Notes under the pieces: model-generated
Database searches by the model: none
Seen by the model: the letters and a program-made list of their open reading frames with translations, nothing else
Told to the model about the DNA's origin: nothing
Shown here: positions 41,473 through 51,943 of the stretch, piece after piece
Position numbering within the stretch: position 1 is the stretch's first letter
How the letters are laid out: the number at the start of each line of letters is the position of its first letter
Position numbers and translations under genes: made by a program
From: Alphaproteobacteria bacterium
GTDB taxonomy: Bacteria > Pseudomonadota > Alphaproteobacteria > GCA-2731375
Reading direction: 5' to 3'
DNA length: 64,000 nucleotides
Assembly: GCA_965232515.1 (NCBI GenBank)
Contig: CBDDPY010000002.1
Coordinates: forward strand, 3,936,001-4,000,000

Positions 41473-43509
41473 ATGACCCAGCTCGACCTGCAAAAAGCCC
41501 AGGTCCTGGAGCATGAATACGACCCGGAAATGCATTTCCGGATGGTCGTCGGCGCGGCCGGCTATCTGGTCGCCGGCCTGCTGGCGGCGCTCTCGGCCTA
41601 TCACTATTACACCGCCGGCTTCGGCATCCTGGCCGAGCACTGGCACAAGGGCATCCATCTCGGCTTCGTGCTGGGCCTGATCTTTATCGTCTTCGGCTAC
41701 GCCAAGTCGGTGAACGACGCGCCCGCCCGCGCGGCCTGGTGGCGGCCCGGCAACGTGCCGGTCTACGACTGGCTGTTCGCCGTCGCCGCCGTCGGCTGCT
41801 CGCTCTATCTGCCGGTAACGCTGGAGTCGATGACCTTCCGCATCGGCAACCCGAACCTGACCGACATGGTCGTCGGGACCACCATGGTGTTGCTGATCCT
41901 GGAGGCAGCGCGCCGCGCCATGGGCTGGGTGCTGCCGATCATCGTCGCGGTTTTCATCCTCTACGCCGTCTTCGGCCAGATCGCGCCCGGCGCGCTGAAG
42001 CATCCCGGCACCAACTGGGCCGGCTTCATCAGCCACGTCTACATGACGACCGAGGGCATCTACGGCATCCCGGTCAAGGTCGTCGCCACCTTCGTCTTCC
42101 ATTTCGTGCTGTTCGGCACCATCGCCACGCGCATGGGCCTGGGCCAGTTCTTCATCGACATCGCCCAGGCCATCGCCGGCCGCTACACCGGCGGCCCGGC
42201 CAAGGTCAGCGTGCTGGCGTCCGCCATGTTCGGCACCATCTCGGGCTCCTCCATCGCCAACACCGTCACCACGGGCGCGCTGACCATCCCGGCCATGAAA
42301 CGCATCGGCTACCGGCCGCATTTCGCCGGCGCCGTCGAGGCGGCCAGCAGCACCGGCGGCCAGATCACGCCGCCGATCATGGGCGCCGCGGCCTTCGTGA
42401 TGATGGAGTTCCTCGAGGTCAGCTACACCACGGTGATCCTGGCCGCCCTGATACCGGCCCTGATGCACTACACCGGCGTCTTCACCAACGTGCACCTCGA
42501 AGCCAAGCGTATGGGCCTGAAAGGCCTGCCGCCCGACGTGCTGCCGAACCTCTGGCACATCCTCAAGACCGGCTGGCCGAACCTGATCCCGCTGATCATC
42601 CTGGTCACCATCATCATCCGCGGCCACACGCCGTTCATGGCTGCGTTCTGGGGCATCACCGCCTGCATCGTTGTGGGCTTCGTCAATCCCCGGCACCGCC
42701 TCAGCCTGCGCGACCTGCTCGATGCCTTCCAGCTCGGCGCCAAATACGCCCTCGCCGTCGGCGCGGCGGCGGCCGCCGTCGGCATCATCGTCGGCGTCGT
42801 CACGCTGACCGGCGTGCCGTTCCGGATCTCCTTCATCGTCACCCAGTTCGCACAGACCACGGCCGAGTTCGTCGACGCGCTGATGCCGCTGACGCTGTTC
42901 ACCCTCGACCAGCTCGTGCTGTTCTTCTCGCTCGTCTTCATCGCCGTCTGCTGCGTCGCGCTCAGCGCCGGCATCCCGACGACGGCGCTCTATATCATCG
43001 TCGCCACCATCGCCGCGCCCGTGCTGGTGCAGTTCGGCATCCCGCCCATCGCGGCGCATTTCTTCGTGCTGTTCTACGGCGTGCTGGCCGACATCACGCC
43101 GCCGGTCTGCACATCGGCCTACGCCGCCGGCGGCATCGCCGGGGCGAACCCGTTCAAGACGGGCCTTACCGCATTCCGCCTCGGCAACGCCAAGGCGCTG
43201 GTGCCGCTGGTCTTCGTCTATTCGCCGTCGCTGCTGTTGGTGACCGACGGTTTCAGCTGGCAGGAATTCGCCATCGCCTTCTCCGGCTGCGTCACCGGCG
43301 TCGTGCTGCTGGGCGCGTCGCTCAGCGGCTATCTGCTGGCGCCGATCCCGGTGCTGCAGCGCTGGGTTATGCGCTTCGCGGCCTTGCTGTTCATCGCGCC
43401 GGAACTGAAATCGGCGTTGGTCGCCGCCATCATGGTGGCGCCGATCATCGTGCTGCAGATCATCGCCCACCGCCGCGAGAAGCAGGCGGAACCGGCAGCG
43501 GCGGAGTAA
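41473..43509 (+). CDS. TRAP transporter 4TM/12TM fused permease
   Basis: GGPAKVSV, GSSIANTVTTG, ASSTGGQITPPIMGAAAF, ADITPPV. Confidence 0.94.
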   Translation: MTQLDLQKAQVLEHEYDPEMHFRMVVGAAGYLVAGLLAALSAYHYYTAGFGILAEHWHKGIHLGFVLGLIFIVFGYAKSVNDAPARAAWWRPGNVPVYDWLFAVAAVGCSLYLPVTLESMTFRIGNPNLTDMVVGTTMVLLILEAARRAMGWVLPIIVAVFILYAVFGQIAPGALKHPGTNWAGFISHVYMTTEGIYGIPVKVVATFVFHFVLFGTIATRMGLGQFFIDIAQAIAGRYTGGPAKVSVLASAMFGTISGSSIANTVTTGALTIPAMKRIGYRPHFAGAVEAASSTGGQITPPIMGAAAFVMMEFLEVSYTTVILAALIPALMHYTGVFTNVHLEAKRMGLKGLPPDVLPNLWHILKTGWPNLIPLIILVTIIIRGHTPFMAAFWGITACIVVGFVNPRHRLSLRDLLDAFQLGAKYALAVGAAAAAVGIIVGVVTLTGVPFRISFIVTQFAQTTAEFVDALMPLTLFTLDQLVLFFSLVFIAVCCVALSAGIPTTALYIIVATIAAPVLVQFGIPPIAAHFFVLFYGVLADITPPVCTSAYAAGGIAGANPFKTGLTAFRLGNAKALVPLVFVYSPSLLLVTDGFSWQEFAIAFSGCVTGVVLLGASLSGYLLAPIPVLQRWVMRFAALLFIAPELKSALVAAIMVAPIIVLQIIAHRREKQAEPAAAE

Positions 43510-43594
43510 CGCCGGAACTTTGGCGCGATAGTTCAAGACGCCGCCGCGCATCGGCCCCAAATCCAGCCGGTCAATCACCTGCTGGAGGCCGCCG

Positions 43595-44056
43595 ATGGAA
43601 CTTCGGATCAACAATCGCGTCTACGCCATCCCGCCGGCATGGCGCGATGAAACCCTTCTCGCCACCCTGCGCGAATTCCTCGGGCTCGTCGGCGCCAGGT
43701 TCGGCTGCGGCGTCGGCCAGTGCGGCGCCTGCACCGTCGTCCTCGACGGCGAAGCGGCGCGGAGCTGCCTGTGGCGCGTCGCCGACGCCGCCGACAGTGA
43801 CATCGTAACGATCGAGGGCCTCGCTGGTCCGGACGGCCGCCTGCACCCGGTACAGCAGGCCTGGCTCGACGAGACCGTGCCGCAGTGCGGCTATTGCCAG
43901 GCCGGCCAGATCATGTCGGCAGTGGCGCTGTTGCGGGACAAGCCACGGCCGAGCGATGCCGAGATCGACGCGGCCATGGCCGACAATCTCTGCCGTTGCG
44001 GCACGCAGCAGCGCATCCGCCGGGCGATACACCGGGCGGCGGAGGCGCTGTCGTGA
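43595..44056 (+). CDS. (2Fe-2S)-binding small subunit of a Mo-hydroxylase (IorA-like)
   Basis: [27 protein letters not shown]. Confidence 0.92.
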   Translation: MELRINNRVYAIPPAWRDETLLATLREFLGLVGARFGCGVGQCGACTVVLDGEAARSCLWRVADAADSDIVTIEGLAGPDGRLHPVQQAWLDETVPQCGYCQAGQIMSAVALLRDKPRPSDAEIDAAMADNLCRCGTQQRIRRAIHRAAEALS

Positions 44057-46113
44057 AACGCCGAACCTTCCTTAACCTCGGCGCTGGCCTCGGTGTCGCC
44101 TTCCTCGCAGGCTGCTCGCTCCCCGTCATTCCGAAACGCCCGGACCCGACGCCCGAGGCCGCGCTCGGCTGGATCCGCTACGTTGACGGCCGCTACGTGC
44201 TGTCGCTGCCGCGCGCCGAGATCGGCCAGAACATCGCCACCGCGCTCAAGCAGGTCGCCTGCGACGAGCTCGGCGTCGATTGGAACGCCGTCGACCTGCG
44301 CCTGCCCGCCACGACCGACATCGAACATGTCCGCGCCACGGTCGGCAGCGACTCGGTGAAGGACTACGCGCTGCCGCTGGCGCAGGCCTGTGCGACCCTG
44401 CGCGAGGCCATCGCCGCCGGCCAGACGACGGGCGTCCTCACGGCAGAACCCCGGCCGATCGGCGCGCTCCGCGCCTTCTCGGGCCGCACCCGCCACGTCG
44501 GCAAGCCCAGGCCGCTCGAACAGGCGGACGCCATCGTGCGCGGCGCGCCGGTCTATGCCGCCGACATCCGCCGGCCCGGCATGGTCTATGGCCGGGTCTT
44601 GCGGTCGCCGGCCTCGCCGGAATTCACATCGTCTCCCGCCACCTGGATCGCCGCCGCCGCCCGCGCGCAGGCGGGTTTCGTCGCGTTGATTGAAGACTCT
44701 CGGCTACGTCAACGCGAGAGCCTCGGGCTCGGCATCGTCGCCGAAACGCCGGGCGCGCTCGACCGCATCGCCGACGCGCTCGACATCCGCTGGCAAATCG
44801 ACGGCCACGTCGACCAGGCCGGGATCGACCAGCGGATCGACATCGACCGCCGGCTCGCCCGGGGCGGGCTGTCCTACGACGTCATCGACGAGCCCGTCGA
44901 TCGCGACGGACCGTGGGATATCGACCTGCGCATGGACGTGCCGCCGGCCGCCCACGCGCCGATCGAGCCGCGCGCCGCCGTCGCCGCGTTCGACGAAAAT
45001 GGCCTGCGGCTCTGGACCGGCTCGCAGGACATCTTCTTCGTCCGCGATACGTTGGTCGGACCGTTCGAACTCGACGACGACACCGTCATCGTCCATGGCC
45101 AGCGCGTCGGCGGCGCTTTCGGCGGCAAGACGATCTGCACGGTCGAGCTGGAAGCCGCCGTTCTGGCGCAAGCCGCCGGACGGCCGGTCAAGGTGCAGTG
45201 GACGCGCGGCCAGGAATTCCGCCAGGGCTTTCACCGTCCGCCAACCAGCCACCGCATTCGCGCGCGGCTTCGCGACGGCCGCATCGCCGACTGGTGGCAC
45301 GGCTTCGCCAGCAGCCACAGCATTTTCACCAATGCCGGCCTGCCGCCCTGGATGCAACGCCTGACCGACGTCATCGGCGACCGCGGCGTCAGCCGGGGCG
45401 CCATCCCGCCCTATCGCATCGCGCGACGGCGGATCGAATACGACCTCGAGCGGCTGCCGGTGCTGACCGGACCCTGGCGCGGCCTCGGCGCCGGCCCGAA
45501 CGTCACCGCCATCGAAAGCGCCATAGACGAATGCGCGCGTGCCGCCGGCACGGACCCGGTGGCCTTCCGCCTGGCCCACATCGAGGACTCACGGCTGGCG
45601 GGCGTCCTGCAACGCGTCGCGGCCGCCGCCGGCTGGGCGGAAGCACGACCGGCAGCGCCAGGGAGGCATGGCCGCGGCGTCGCCTGCGGCATCTACAAGG
45701 AAATGAGCTATGCCGCTGTTGTCGCCGACGTCATCGTTGACGACGGCGCAGTCAGGGTGACGCGCCTTTGGTGCGCGCACGACTGCGGCCGCATCATCAA
45801 TCCCGACCAGGTGCGCGCGCAGTGCGAGGGCAATCTGGTCTGGGGCCTGGGCATGGCGTTGAGCGACAATCTGCCCGTCGCCGATGGCGGCGTCGCGGCG
45901 GAGACATTCGCCGACGCGCCCATTCCCCGGTTCGACCAGGTGCCGCCGATGGAGATCGTGCTCGTCGACAACGGCGAGCCGCCGACCGGCGCCGGCGAAA
46001 CCGCCATCGTCGCCGCTTCCGGCGCCATCCTGAACGCTATCCGTGACGCCACCGGCGTGCGCCCCAGCCGTCTGCCGGTGACGCCCGAGGATCTGTTACG
46101 ATCCCCAGCATGA
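44053..46113 (+). CDS. Molybdopterin-binding large subunit (IorB/aldehyde oxidoreductase-like) with Tat-lipoprotein signal
   Basis: GTG start overlapping upstream stop; KRRTFL...FLAGC; [33 protein letters not shown]. Confidence 0.87.
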   Translation: MKRRTFLNLGAGLGVAFLAGCSLPVIPKRPDPTPEAALGWIRYVDGRYVLSLPRAEIGQNIATALKQVACDELGVDWNAVDLRLPATTDIEHVRATVGSDSVKDYALPLAQACATLREAIAAGQTTGVLTAEPRPIGALRAFSGRTRHVGKPRPLEQADAIVRGAPVYAADIRRPGMVYGRVLRSPASPEFTSSPATWIAAAARAQAGFVALIEDSRLRQRESLGLGIVAETPGALDRIADALDIRWQIDGHVDQAGIDQRIDIDRRLARGGLSYDVIDEPVDRDGPWDIDLRMDVPPAAHAPIEPRAAVAAFDENGLRLWTGSQDIFFVRDTLVGPFELDDDTVIVHGQRVGGAFGGKTICTVELEAAVLAQAAGRPVKVQWTRGQEFRQGFHRPPTSHRIRARLRDGRIADWWHGFASSHSIFTNAGLPPWMQRLTDVIGDRGVSRGAIPPYRIARRRIEYDLERLPVLTGPWRGLGAGPNVTAIESAIDECARAAGTDPVAFRLAHIEDSRLAGVLQRVAAAAGWAEARPAAPGRHGRGVACGIYKEMSYAAVVADVIVDDGAVRVTRLWCAHDCGRIINPDQVRAQCEGNLVWGLGMALSDNLPVADGGVAAETFADAPIPRFDQVPPMEIVLVDNGEPPTGAGETAIVAASGAILNAIRDATGVRPSRLPVTPEDLLRSPA

Positions 46114-47054
46114 ACGATTTCGCCGCGGCCGCGATGATGCGGCTGATCCGCCTCGGGTTGGCCCGCCAGGGCCTGGCGTCGGCCGGCGTCGGCTCTCCGG
46201 CCGCGGCGCACGTGCCGTTGAAGGACAAGCGCGCGCTTGCCGAAGCCCTGCTGAAAACGCACGGACCGGATGCGCTGCTGCGCATCGGCGAAGCCGTTCA
46301 TGACGCGCCGAACGAGCCCACGCATGTCGCGCTGGCGCTGGCCCGCGATCCGTTCGACCTCGTCTCCCGCTGGCAACGGCTGGAACGTTTCATTCATTCG
46401 CGGCACCGCGCCCGGATTCTCGAGCGGGACGAGACCCGCCTCGTGCTTCGGCACGTGGCGTTGGCCCCGCACCCGCCACCCCGGCCGGCCGAAGACCTGC
46501 TGATCTTCGGACTGCTGGCGGCCCTGGTGGAATATGTCGGGGCCGAGGATTTCCGCGCCCGGATCGCGGGCGAAACCGCCTGGCGCCGACGCGGCGGAGC
46601 GTGGAAAGGCGACGCCTGTCCGGACGACGTCTCCCGCTGGGAGTTCGCCTGGACGTCGGTGCGCCGCATCGGGCCCGTGTCCGACGCCGCGCCCATCCCA
46701 GGCGATTGGGCCGCCGCCGCCCGCGCCGCGCTCGCGGCCGATCCCGGTCGCGGCTGGACGCTGCGCCAGCTGGCGGACGCGCTCCGGGTCTCGACGCGCA
46801 GCCTGCAACGCCGGCTCAAGACCGAGGGGACGAGCTTCTCGTACCTGCTCGCCGAGGCCCGGCTCGCCGCCGCGGCGACGCTTCTCGGCACATCGGATCG
46901 CTCGGCGGCCGAGATCGGCTATGCCTGCGGCTTCGCCGATCAGGCCCACTTCACGCGCGACTTCAAACGGCACACCGCCTTGACCCCGACGGCGTTTCGG
47001 GCACAGTTCGCGCAGGCGCGACGGCCCGCATCTTTCGCCTCGGCCGCGTCATAA
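46110..47054 (+). CDS. AraC family transcriptional regulator
   Basis: LRVSTRSLQRRLKTEG...AEIGYACGFADQAHFTRDFK. Confidence 0.9.
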   Translation: MNDFAAAAMMRLIRLGLARQGLASAGVGSPAAAHVPLKDKRALAEALLKTHGPDALLRIGEAVHDAPNEPTHVALALARDPFDLVSRWQRLERFIHSRHRARILERDETRLVLRHVALAPHPPPRPAEDLLIFGLLAALVEYVGAEDFRARIAGETAWRRRGGAWKGDACPDDVSRWEFAWTSVRRIGPVSDAAPIPGDWAAAARAALAADPGRGWTLRQLADALRVSTRSLQRRLKTEGTSFSYLLAEARLAAAATLLGTSDRSAAEIGYACGFADQAHFTRDFKRHTALTPTAFRAQFAQARRPASFASAAS

Positions 47055-47077
47055 CTGTTACGGGGAGGACGAAAACC

Positions 47078-47842
47078 ATGGACATGTTCAACCTGAAGGG
47101 CAAGGTCGCGGTCGTCACCGGCGGCAATGGCGGCATCGGCTTCGGCATGGCGCGCGGGCTCGCGCGCGCCGGCGCCGACATCGCCGTGGTCGGCCGCAAT
47201 GCCGAGAAGTCCGCCGGCGCCGCCGACGAATTGCAAGGCCTCGGCGTGCGTGCCATCGCGGTCCAGGCCGACGTTACCGACAGCGCCGCCGTCGCCGCCA
47301 TGGTCGATGCCGTCACCAGCCAGCTCGGCCGCATCGATATCCTGATCAACAATGCCGGCACCAACATCCGCAAGCGGCCCGAGGACCTGGCCGAGGACGA
47401 GTGGCACACGGTGATCGACGCCAACCTGACCAGCGCCTTTCTGTGCAGCAAGGCCTGCTATCCGGCGATGAAGCAGGCCGGCGGCGGCAAGGTGCTCAAC
47501 AACGGCTCCATGCTGTCGCTGTTCGGCACGCCCTGGGGTCCGGTTTATGCCGCCAGCAAGGGCGGCATCATGCAGCTCACGAAGTCGCTGGCCACGGCCT
47601 GGGCCGCCGACAACATCCAGGTCAACTGCTTCCTGCCGGGCTGGATCGATACCGACCTGACGCGTCAGGCGCGGCAGCAGGTCGACGGCCTGCACGACCG
47701 CGTGCTCGGCCGCACCCCGGCCGGCCGCTGGGGCGATATCGCCGACTTCGAAGGCATCGCCGTATTCCTGGCGAGCGCCGCGTCCGACTATGTCACCGGC
47801 ACCGTCATCCCGGTCGACGGCGGCTTCTCGATCACGGCCTGA
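47078..47842 (+). CDS. Short-chain dehydrogenase/reductase (KduD/gluconate 5-dehydrogenase-like)
   Basis: TGGNGGIG, NNAG, YAASKGG, PGWIDT, VDGG; GGGGAGG RBS. Confidence 0.92.
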   Translation: MDMFNLKGKVAVVTGGNGGIGFGMARGLARAGADIAVVGRNAEKSAGAADELQGLGVRAIAVQADVTDSAAVAAMVDAVTSQLGRIDILINNAGTNIRKRPEDLAEDEWHTVIDANLTSAFLCSKACYPAMKQAGGGKVLNNGSMLSLFGTPWGPVYAASKGGIMQLTKSLATAWAADNIQVNCFLPGWIDTDLTRQARQQVDGLHDRVLGRTPAGRWGDIADFEGIAVFLASAASDYVTGTVIPVDGGFSITA

Positions 47843-49652
47843 CCGCCGCAATCAGCACGACGACATCGAGGCCGCCGATCTGGAACCGGTCGCCGTCGGC
47901 GCGGCCCTGAATGCCGGTCACCAGAACGCGTATGCGCATCGACGGCGTTGTCGCATCGAGCGTCATGCGACCGGGCGCGATGCTGTGGGCATTGGCGCTC
48001 GGCTCAACGCCGCCCAGCGCGCGCACCAGGGCATCGAGATCGAACGAAACCGGCGCACCGGCGCCGTCGGACAGCGACAGCGTCGATCGCTCGGGCGAAA
48101 ACGTCAGCGCGTAGCGCCGCGCCGAGGCCGGGTCTTCGATGGTGTGGTTCTTGTGACTTGTCCAGAAGCGGCGCTGGCTCACGAGATCGAAGCCGGCGAC
48201 GGCGATCGTCGGACTGTGCGGCGTGCGATAGTTGAATACGGCGGCATCCTGGTTCGGCCAGACATAGGGCAGGCCGAGCGCGGCCATGAATTGCCTCGGA
48301 CGCCAGTCGCCGGACAAATCCAGATCGGCGGCCCGGCCGTCCAGCCAGGCCGCGAACCTCGGCCGTCTGACCGGTTTACTCAGATAGCTGACGAGCGCGC
48401 TTAGACGCTTGTTGTCCTCGAACGGAATGCTGCCGTCGACCTTCATCAGCTTGCCGTTGCGTAGCAGATCGTTCGCCCCCAGCACGGCCTCGAGCCGGCC
48501 GATCTGACTCTGGAACGACACGTTGGCGGCGCTCCAGGGCCCGACGCCGCCGAAAACCAGCATGATCCCTAGCGACAGCGGGATCGCGACCAGCCGCTTC
48601 ATCCCGAGGCTGAAGACGATCGCCAGCCCGAACAGCCAGATCGTCAGCAGGATCAGCAGATAGCGGTTCTCGGTCACGCCATAGGCGTCGACCCGCAGCC
48701 AAACGGCCACCGCCAGCAAGCCCGCCGGCAGGAACAAAGCCGGGAACAGCACCCGGTCGAACAGCCGCAGCAACCGGTCGCCGCTCTGCCGCAACGGATA
48801 GATGACCAATTTGGTCGCCACGCCGACAACGGCAAAGCCGCAGACCAGCCAGGCCACCTGCCCGCGCGGCAATTCCCATTGAACGGCGATCTTCACGGCG
48901 AAGGCATAGAGGATCAGCAGATAGACAGTCGCCAGCGGCACATAGAGAAACCGCGCCAGGAACCGGATCCAGGCGGGGCAATAGTCACTCGTCGGCGGGT
49001 CGAACCCAGGCGGTATCGAGGCCAGCGCCCGGAGCGGCCAGACCAGGCAGAAGCTGACGGTCCAGATGTCGCGCAGCACGTATCGCGGCGGATCGAAACC
49101 GAACAGGATCTCCAACGCCTGAACGATCGCGCTCAACCCCAGCGCCAGGGTCAGCGCGACCGCCCAGCCGAAGGCCGCGCCCGTCAGCATCAACCGGTTG
49201 AAGGCCCAGAACGCGGCATTGCCATCCGGCCCGGCACGCCAGGCAACGGCCATGGTCAAAAAGGCAAGGCCGCCGAGCATGAACGGAAAGGCGCCCACGA
49301 ACCAAGGGAAACGCCCGGCCGCCATCGACAGACTTGCGGCATAGCCGACCAGTGTCAGCAGCAGGGCGGCAAGCAGCAGCCCGCGGACGCCGCCGACATA
49401 CCGGCCTGTCCATTCGAACCGCTCGGCCGTCAGCTTGGCGAGCAGGCTCGCGAACAAGGCCAGCAGGAAAAATTCGGACGCGACGCCGTTGCTCGCCAAC
49501 GGCCAGAACAACGGGAACCGGTGGTGGCTGGCGAGGTAGGACGCCGTCAGGCCGAGCGCGGCGATCGCCGGCAGCGGAAAGCGAAGCACCGTCGCCATCA
49601 GATCGGCGGCGATGTCCCTCGGCGAGGGCAGGCGTGGCAGGCGCAAGGGCAT
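47832..49652 (-). CDS. DUF4153-like multi-pass membrane protein
   Basis: VLRFPL, VPLATVYLLILYAF, WELPRG, RVDAYGVTENRY, GPWSA. Confidence 0.8.
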   Translation of the reverse strand: MPLRLPRLPSPRDIAADLMATVLRFPLPAIAALGLTASYLASHHRFPLFWPLASNGVASEFFLLALFASLLAKLTAERFEWTGRYVGGVRGLLLAALLLTLVGYAASLSMAAGRFPWFVGAFPFMLGGLAFLTMAVAWRAGPDGNAAFWAFNRLMLTGAAFGWAVALTLALGLSAIVQALEILFGFDPPRYVLRDIWTVSFCLVWPLRALASIPPGFDPPTSDYCPAWIRFLARFLYVPLATVYLLILYAFAVKIAVQWELPRGQVAWLVCGFAVVGVATKLVIYPLRQSGDRLLRLFDRVLFPALFLPAGLLAVAVWLRVDAYGVTENRYLLILLTIWLFGLAIVFSLGMKRLVAIPLSLGIMLVFGGVGPWSAANVSFQSQIGRLEAVLGANDLLRNGKLMKVDGSIPFEDNKRLSALVSYLSKPVRRPRFAAWLDGRAADLDLSGDWRPRQFMAALGLPYVWPNQDAAVFNYRTPHSPTIAVAGFDLVSQRRFWTSHKNHTIEDPASARRYALTFSPERSTLSLSDGAGAPVSFDLDALVRALGGVEPSANAHSIAPGRMTLDATTPSMRIRVLVTGIQGRADGDRFQIGGLDVVVLIAAVRP

Positions 49653-49750
49653 CCTCCCAGTCAAGCACCAACTGGTAAACGAAGCTTGGTGACGCAACTA
49701 GAAGGGGCGGATATGGCGGAAGTGCGGCGCCTTCGTGGCGATATGCGGCC

Positions 49751-50953
49751 TCAACCCAATGCTTGACAGGCGCCTTGGATGCGGGCGCAGGCTTCGCGCA
49801 GGTCGTCGAGCGAGGCGGCGAACGACAGGCGGAAATAGGGCGACATGCCATAGGCCGCGCCGTGCACGGCGGCGACGCCGACCGCGTCCAGCAGATACAG
49901 CACCATGTCCTCGTCGCTCTCGATCACCTTGCCGTCGGGCGTGCGCCGGCCGATCAGGCCTTCACAGCTCGGATAGAGGTAGAACGCGCCTTCCGGCACG
50001 TGGCAGGTCAGGCCGGCGATGTCGTTCAGCAGCTTGACGACGATGTCGCGGCGCTCCTGGAACTCGGTCGTGCGTTGGGCGATGAAATCCTGCGGCCCGG
50101 TCAGCGCCGCCAGCGCCGCCGCTTGGCCCACCGACGACGCGCCCGACGTGCTCTGCGTCTGCAGCGTGATCATGGCCTTGATCAATTCCGGCGGCCCGCC
50201 GGCATAGCCGATGCGGAAACCGGTCATGGCATAGGCCTTGGAGACGCCGTTCAGCGTCAGCGTGCGGTCGAACAGCTCGGGCGCCACCTGCGCCGGCGTC
50301 ACGAAACGCGCGCCGTCATAGCGGATATGCTCGTAGATATCGTCGCTCAGCACATGCACCTGGGGATGCCGCAACAGAACCTCGCAGAGCGCCGTCATCT
50401 CGTCGTGGCTGTAGGTCGCGCCGCTCGGATTGCAGGGACTGTTCAGGATCAGCCATTTGGTTCTGGGCGTGATCGCCGCCGCGAGCTGTTCGGGCCGCAG
50501 CTTGAAACCGTCCTCGGGCGCGCCCGTCAGCACCACCGGCGTGCCGCCGGCGAACTGCGTCATGTCCGGATACGACACCCAGTAGGGCGCCGCGACGATC
50601 ACCTCGTCGCCGGCCTCGACCGTCGCCATCAGCGCGTTGAAGATGATCTGCTTGCCGCCGTTGGCGACCATGATCTGAGCCACCGGATAGTCGAGATCGT
50701 TTTCGCGTTTGAATTTGGCCGCGATCGCTTCCTTCAGCTTCGGCGCGCCGGCGATCGGCATATAGCGCGTCTCACCGCGGGCCATGGCCTCGGTCACGGC
50801 CGCTTTCACGTGATCCGGCGTTTCGAAATCCGGCTCGCCGGCGGTCAGCCGGATGATGTCCTTGCCCGCGGCCTGCAGGTCGCGGGCGCGCTGCGAGGCC
50901 ATCGAGCTGGCCGACGGCTTGGTCCGACGGACACGTTCAGCGATAAACGGCAT
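49751..50953 (-). CDS. PLP-dependent class I aminotransferase (aspartate aminotransferase family)
   Basis: GEPDFETP, NSPCNPSG, SDDIYEH, NGVSKAYAMTGFRIGY. Confidence 0.94.
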   Translation of the reverse strand: MPFIAERVRRTKPSASSMASQRARDLQAAGKDIIRLTAGEPDFETPDHVKAAVTEAMARGETRYMPIAGAPKLKEAIAAKFKRENDLDYPVAQIMVANGGKQIIFNALMATVEAGDEVIVAAPYWVSYPDMTQFAGGTPVVLTGAPEDGFKLRPEQLAAAITPRTKWLILNSPCNPSGATYSHDEMTALCEVLLRHPQVHVLSDDIYEHIRYDGARFVTPAQVAPELFDRTLTLNGVSKAYAMTGFRIGYAGGPPELIKAMITLQTQSTSGASSVGQAAALAALTGPQDFIAQRTTEFQERRDIVVKLLNDIAGLTCHVPEGAFYLYPSCEGLIGRRTPDGKVIESDEDMVLYLLDAVGVAAVHGAAYGMSPYFRLSFAASLDDLREACARIQGACQALG

Positions 50954-50976
50954 GGGCACTCCTCCGGCCGCGGAGG

Positions 50977-51198
50977 CTAGCACAAATCGCCTTCGCCGCC
51001 GTAGCGCGCCGGCGTCGCCGTCTCGATGCGCCGCAGCGTCAATTGCAGCCCGGCCCGCCGCGTCGCCGGCGCGTCCGTCAGGTTGGCGATGCGGCCGCGC
51101 AGATGCGCCAGCGCCTCGGCCCGCGCCGCCGCGAAGCTGGCCGCGCCGCCCGGTTCGAGGCGCGTTTCCGTATCCGCGAGGACGGCCGTCCAGCCCAT
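50977..51198 (-). CDS. Hypothetical small protein
   Basis: 73-aa ORF co-oriented with and immediately upstream of the aminotransferase; no recognisable motif. Confidence 0.5.
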   Translation of the reverse strand: MGWTAVLADTETRLEPGGAASFAAARAEALAHLRGRIANLTDAPATRRAGLQLTLRRIETATPARYGGEGDLC

Positions 51199-51257
51199 AG
51201 GCTCAGTCTAACGCCTGTCGGCGTTGGGCTCGACCCGCAAGGCCGCCCCAGATGACA

Positions 51258-51374
51258 CACCGCAACGGAACAGGGACGCGGAGGGTCGGACAGGCGGGAA
51301 ACCGATCCTCGGGCGCTCGCCGCACAGCGGCTGCGTCTCGCGTGGCCCACCCGCGTCCCTGCACCGTTGCGGTG
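51258..51374. other. Structured intergenic element (possible ncRNA or MITE)
   Basis: Arms CACCGCAACGGAACAGGGACGCGG / CCGCGTCCCTGCACCGTTGCGGTG pair at 22 of 24 positions around a 69-nt interior. Confidence 0.45.
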
Positions 51375-51399
51375 CGCCGGCGTCCGGCGCGGTCGGCCG

Positions 51400-51732
51400 T
51401 CAGCCGCCGGCGGCTTCCGACATGGCCAGAAAGAAGGCCGGTGAAATCTCGAGAAACCGCGCGCCGACCGCGCCGTCGTCGGTGACGTGCACGACCTCGG
51501 CCACGAACCGGCCGGGCCTGGCGGCGCGCAGGCCGTCGATCTCACCGCTCAGCCGCAGGCCCGCGCGCGGTTCGCCATGCAGCTTCTGCAGACGGAATCC
51601 GCCCAGCGACCAGTCGACGGTCTTGTAGTCGTGGCGGCCGATCGAGACGATCAGCGGTTTGTTGGTGATACGCGGATGCTGGCGACGCTCTACATGGGCC
51701 AGCACGGCGTTTCGGATGGACGCGAACCCCAT
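51400..51732 (-). CDS. PilZ domain protein
   Basis: ERRQHPR and DWSLGG motifs, AVGARF. Confidence 0.82.
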   Translation of the reverse strand: MGFASIRNAVLAHVERRQHPRITNKPLIVSIGRHDYKTVDWSLGGFRLQKLHGEPRAGLRLSGEIDGLRAARPGRFVAEVVHVTDDGAVGARFLEISPAFFLAMSEAAGG

Positions 51733-51899
51733 GTCGATCCCCCTTCAGTGGCTCCGCTGCCTGTTCCGGTCGAGGCCGGACGAAGGCCGGTGGCTTTGCG
51801 CCCCGCCGTTTCCGACGGTTTGCCCTTTTCAGGTCGTCAACAACAGGATAGCCCAGCCACGATCCGGCGCAGTGACGGCCATCACCGGCCCCGAATCCG

Positions 51900-51918
51900 T
51901 TAAGCTCCGGTTAACCAT
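51900..51918. promoter_or_regulatory. Consensus CtrA binding box
   Basis: TTAA-GCTCCGG-TTAACCAT, a perfect TTAA-N7-TTAAC about 170 bp upstream of the PilZ gene. Confidence 0.7.
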
Positions 51919-51943
51919 ACTAGGAACGGCCCTTAGGGCCGGA

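Noticed and set aside
41236-43614. 792-aa minus-strand ORF
   Set aside because: Antisense shadow of the TRAP permease. The same applies to most other overlapping Arg/Ala/Pro-rich ORFs in the track.
51258-51374. 6S RNA or SRP RNA identity for the structured element
   Set aside because: Lacks the SRP CAGG-CCGGAAGG-AGCAG core and the usual zapA/ygfA context of 6S; kept only as an unknown structure.
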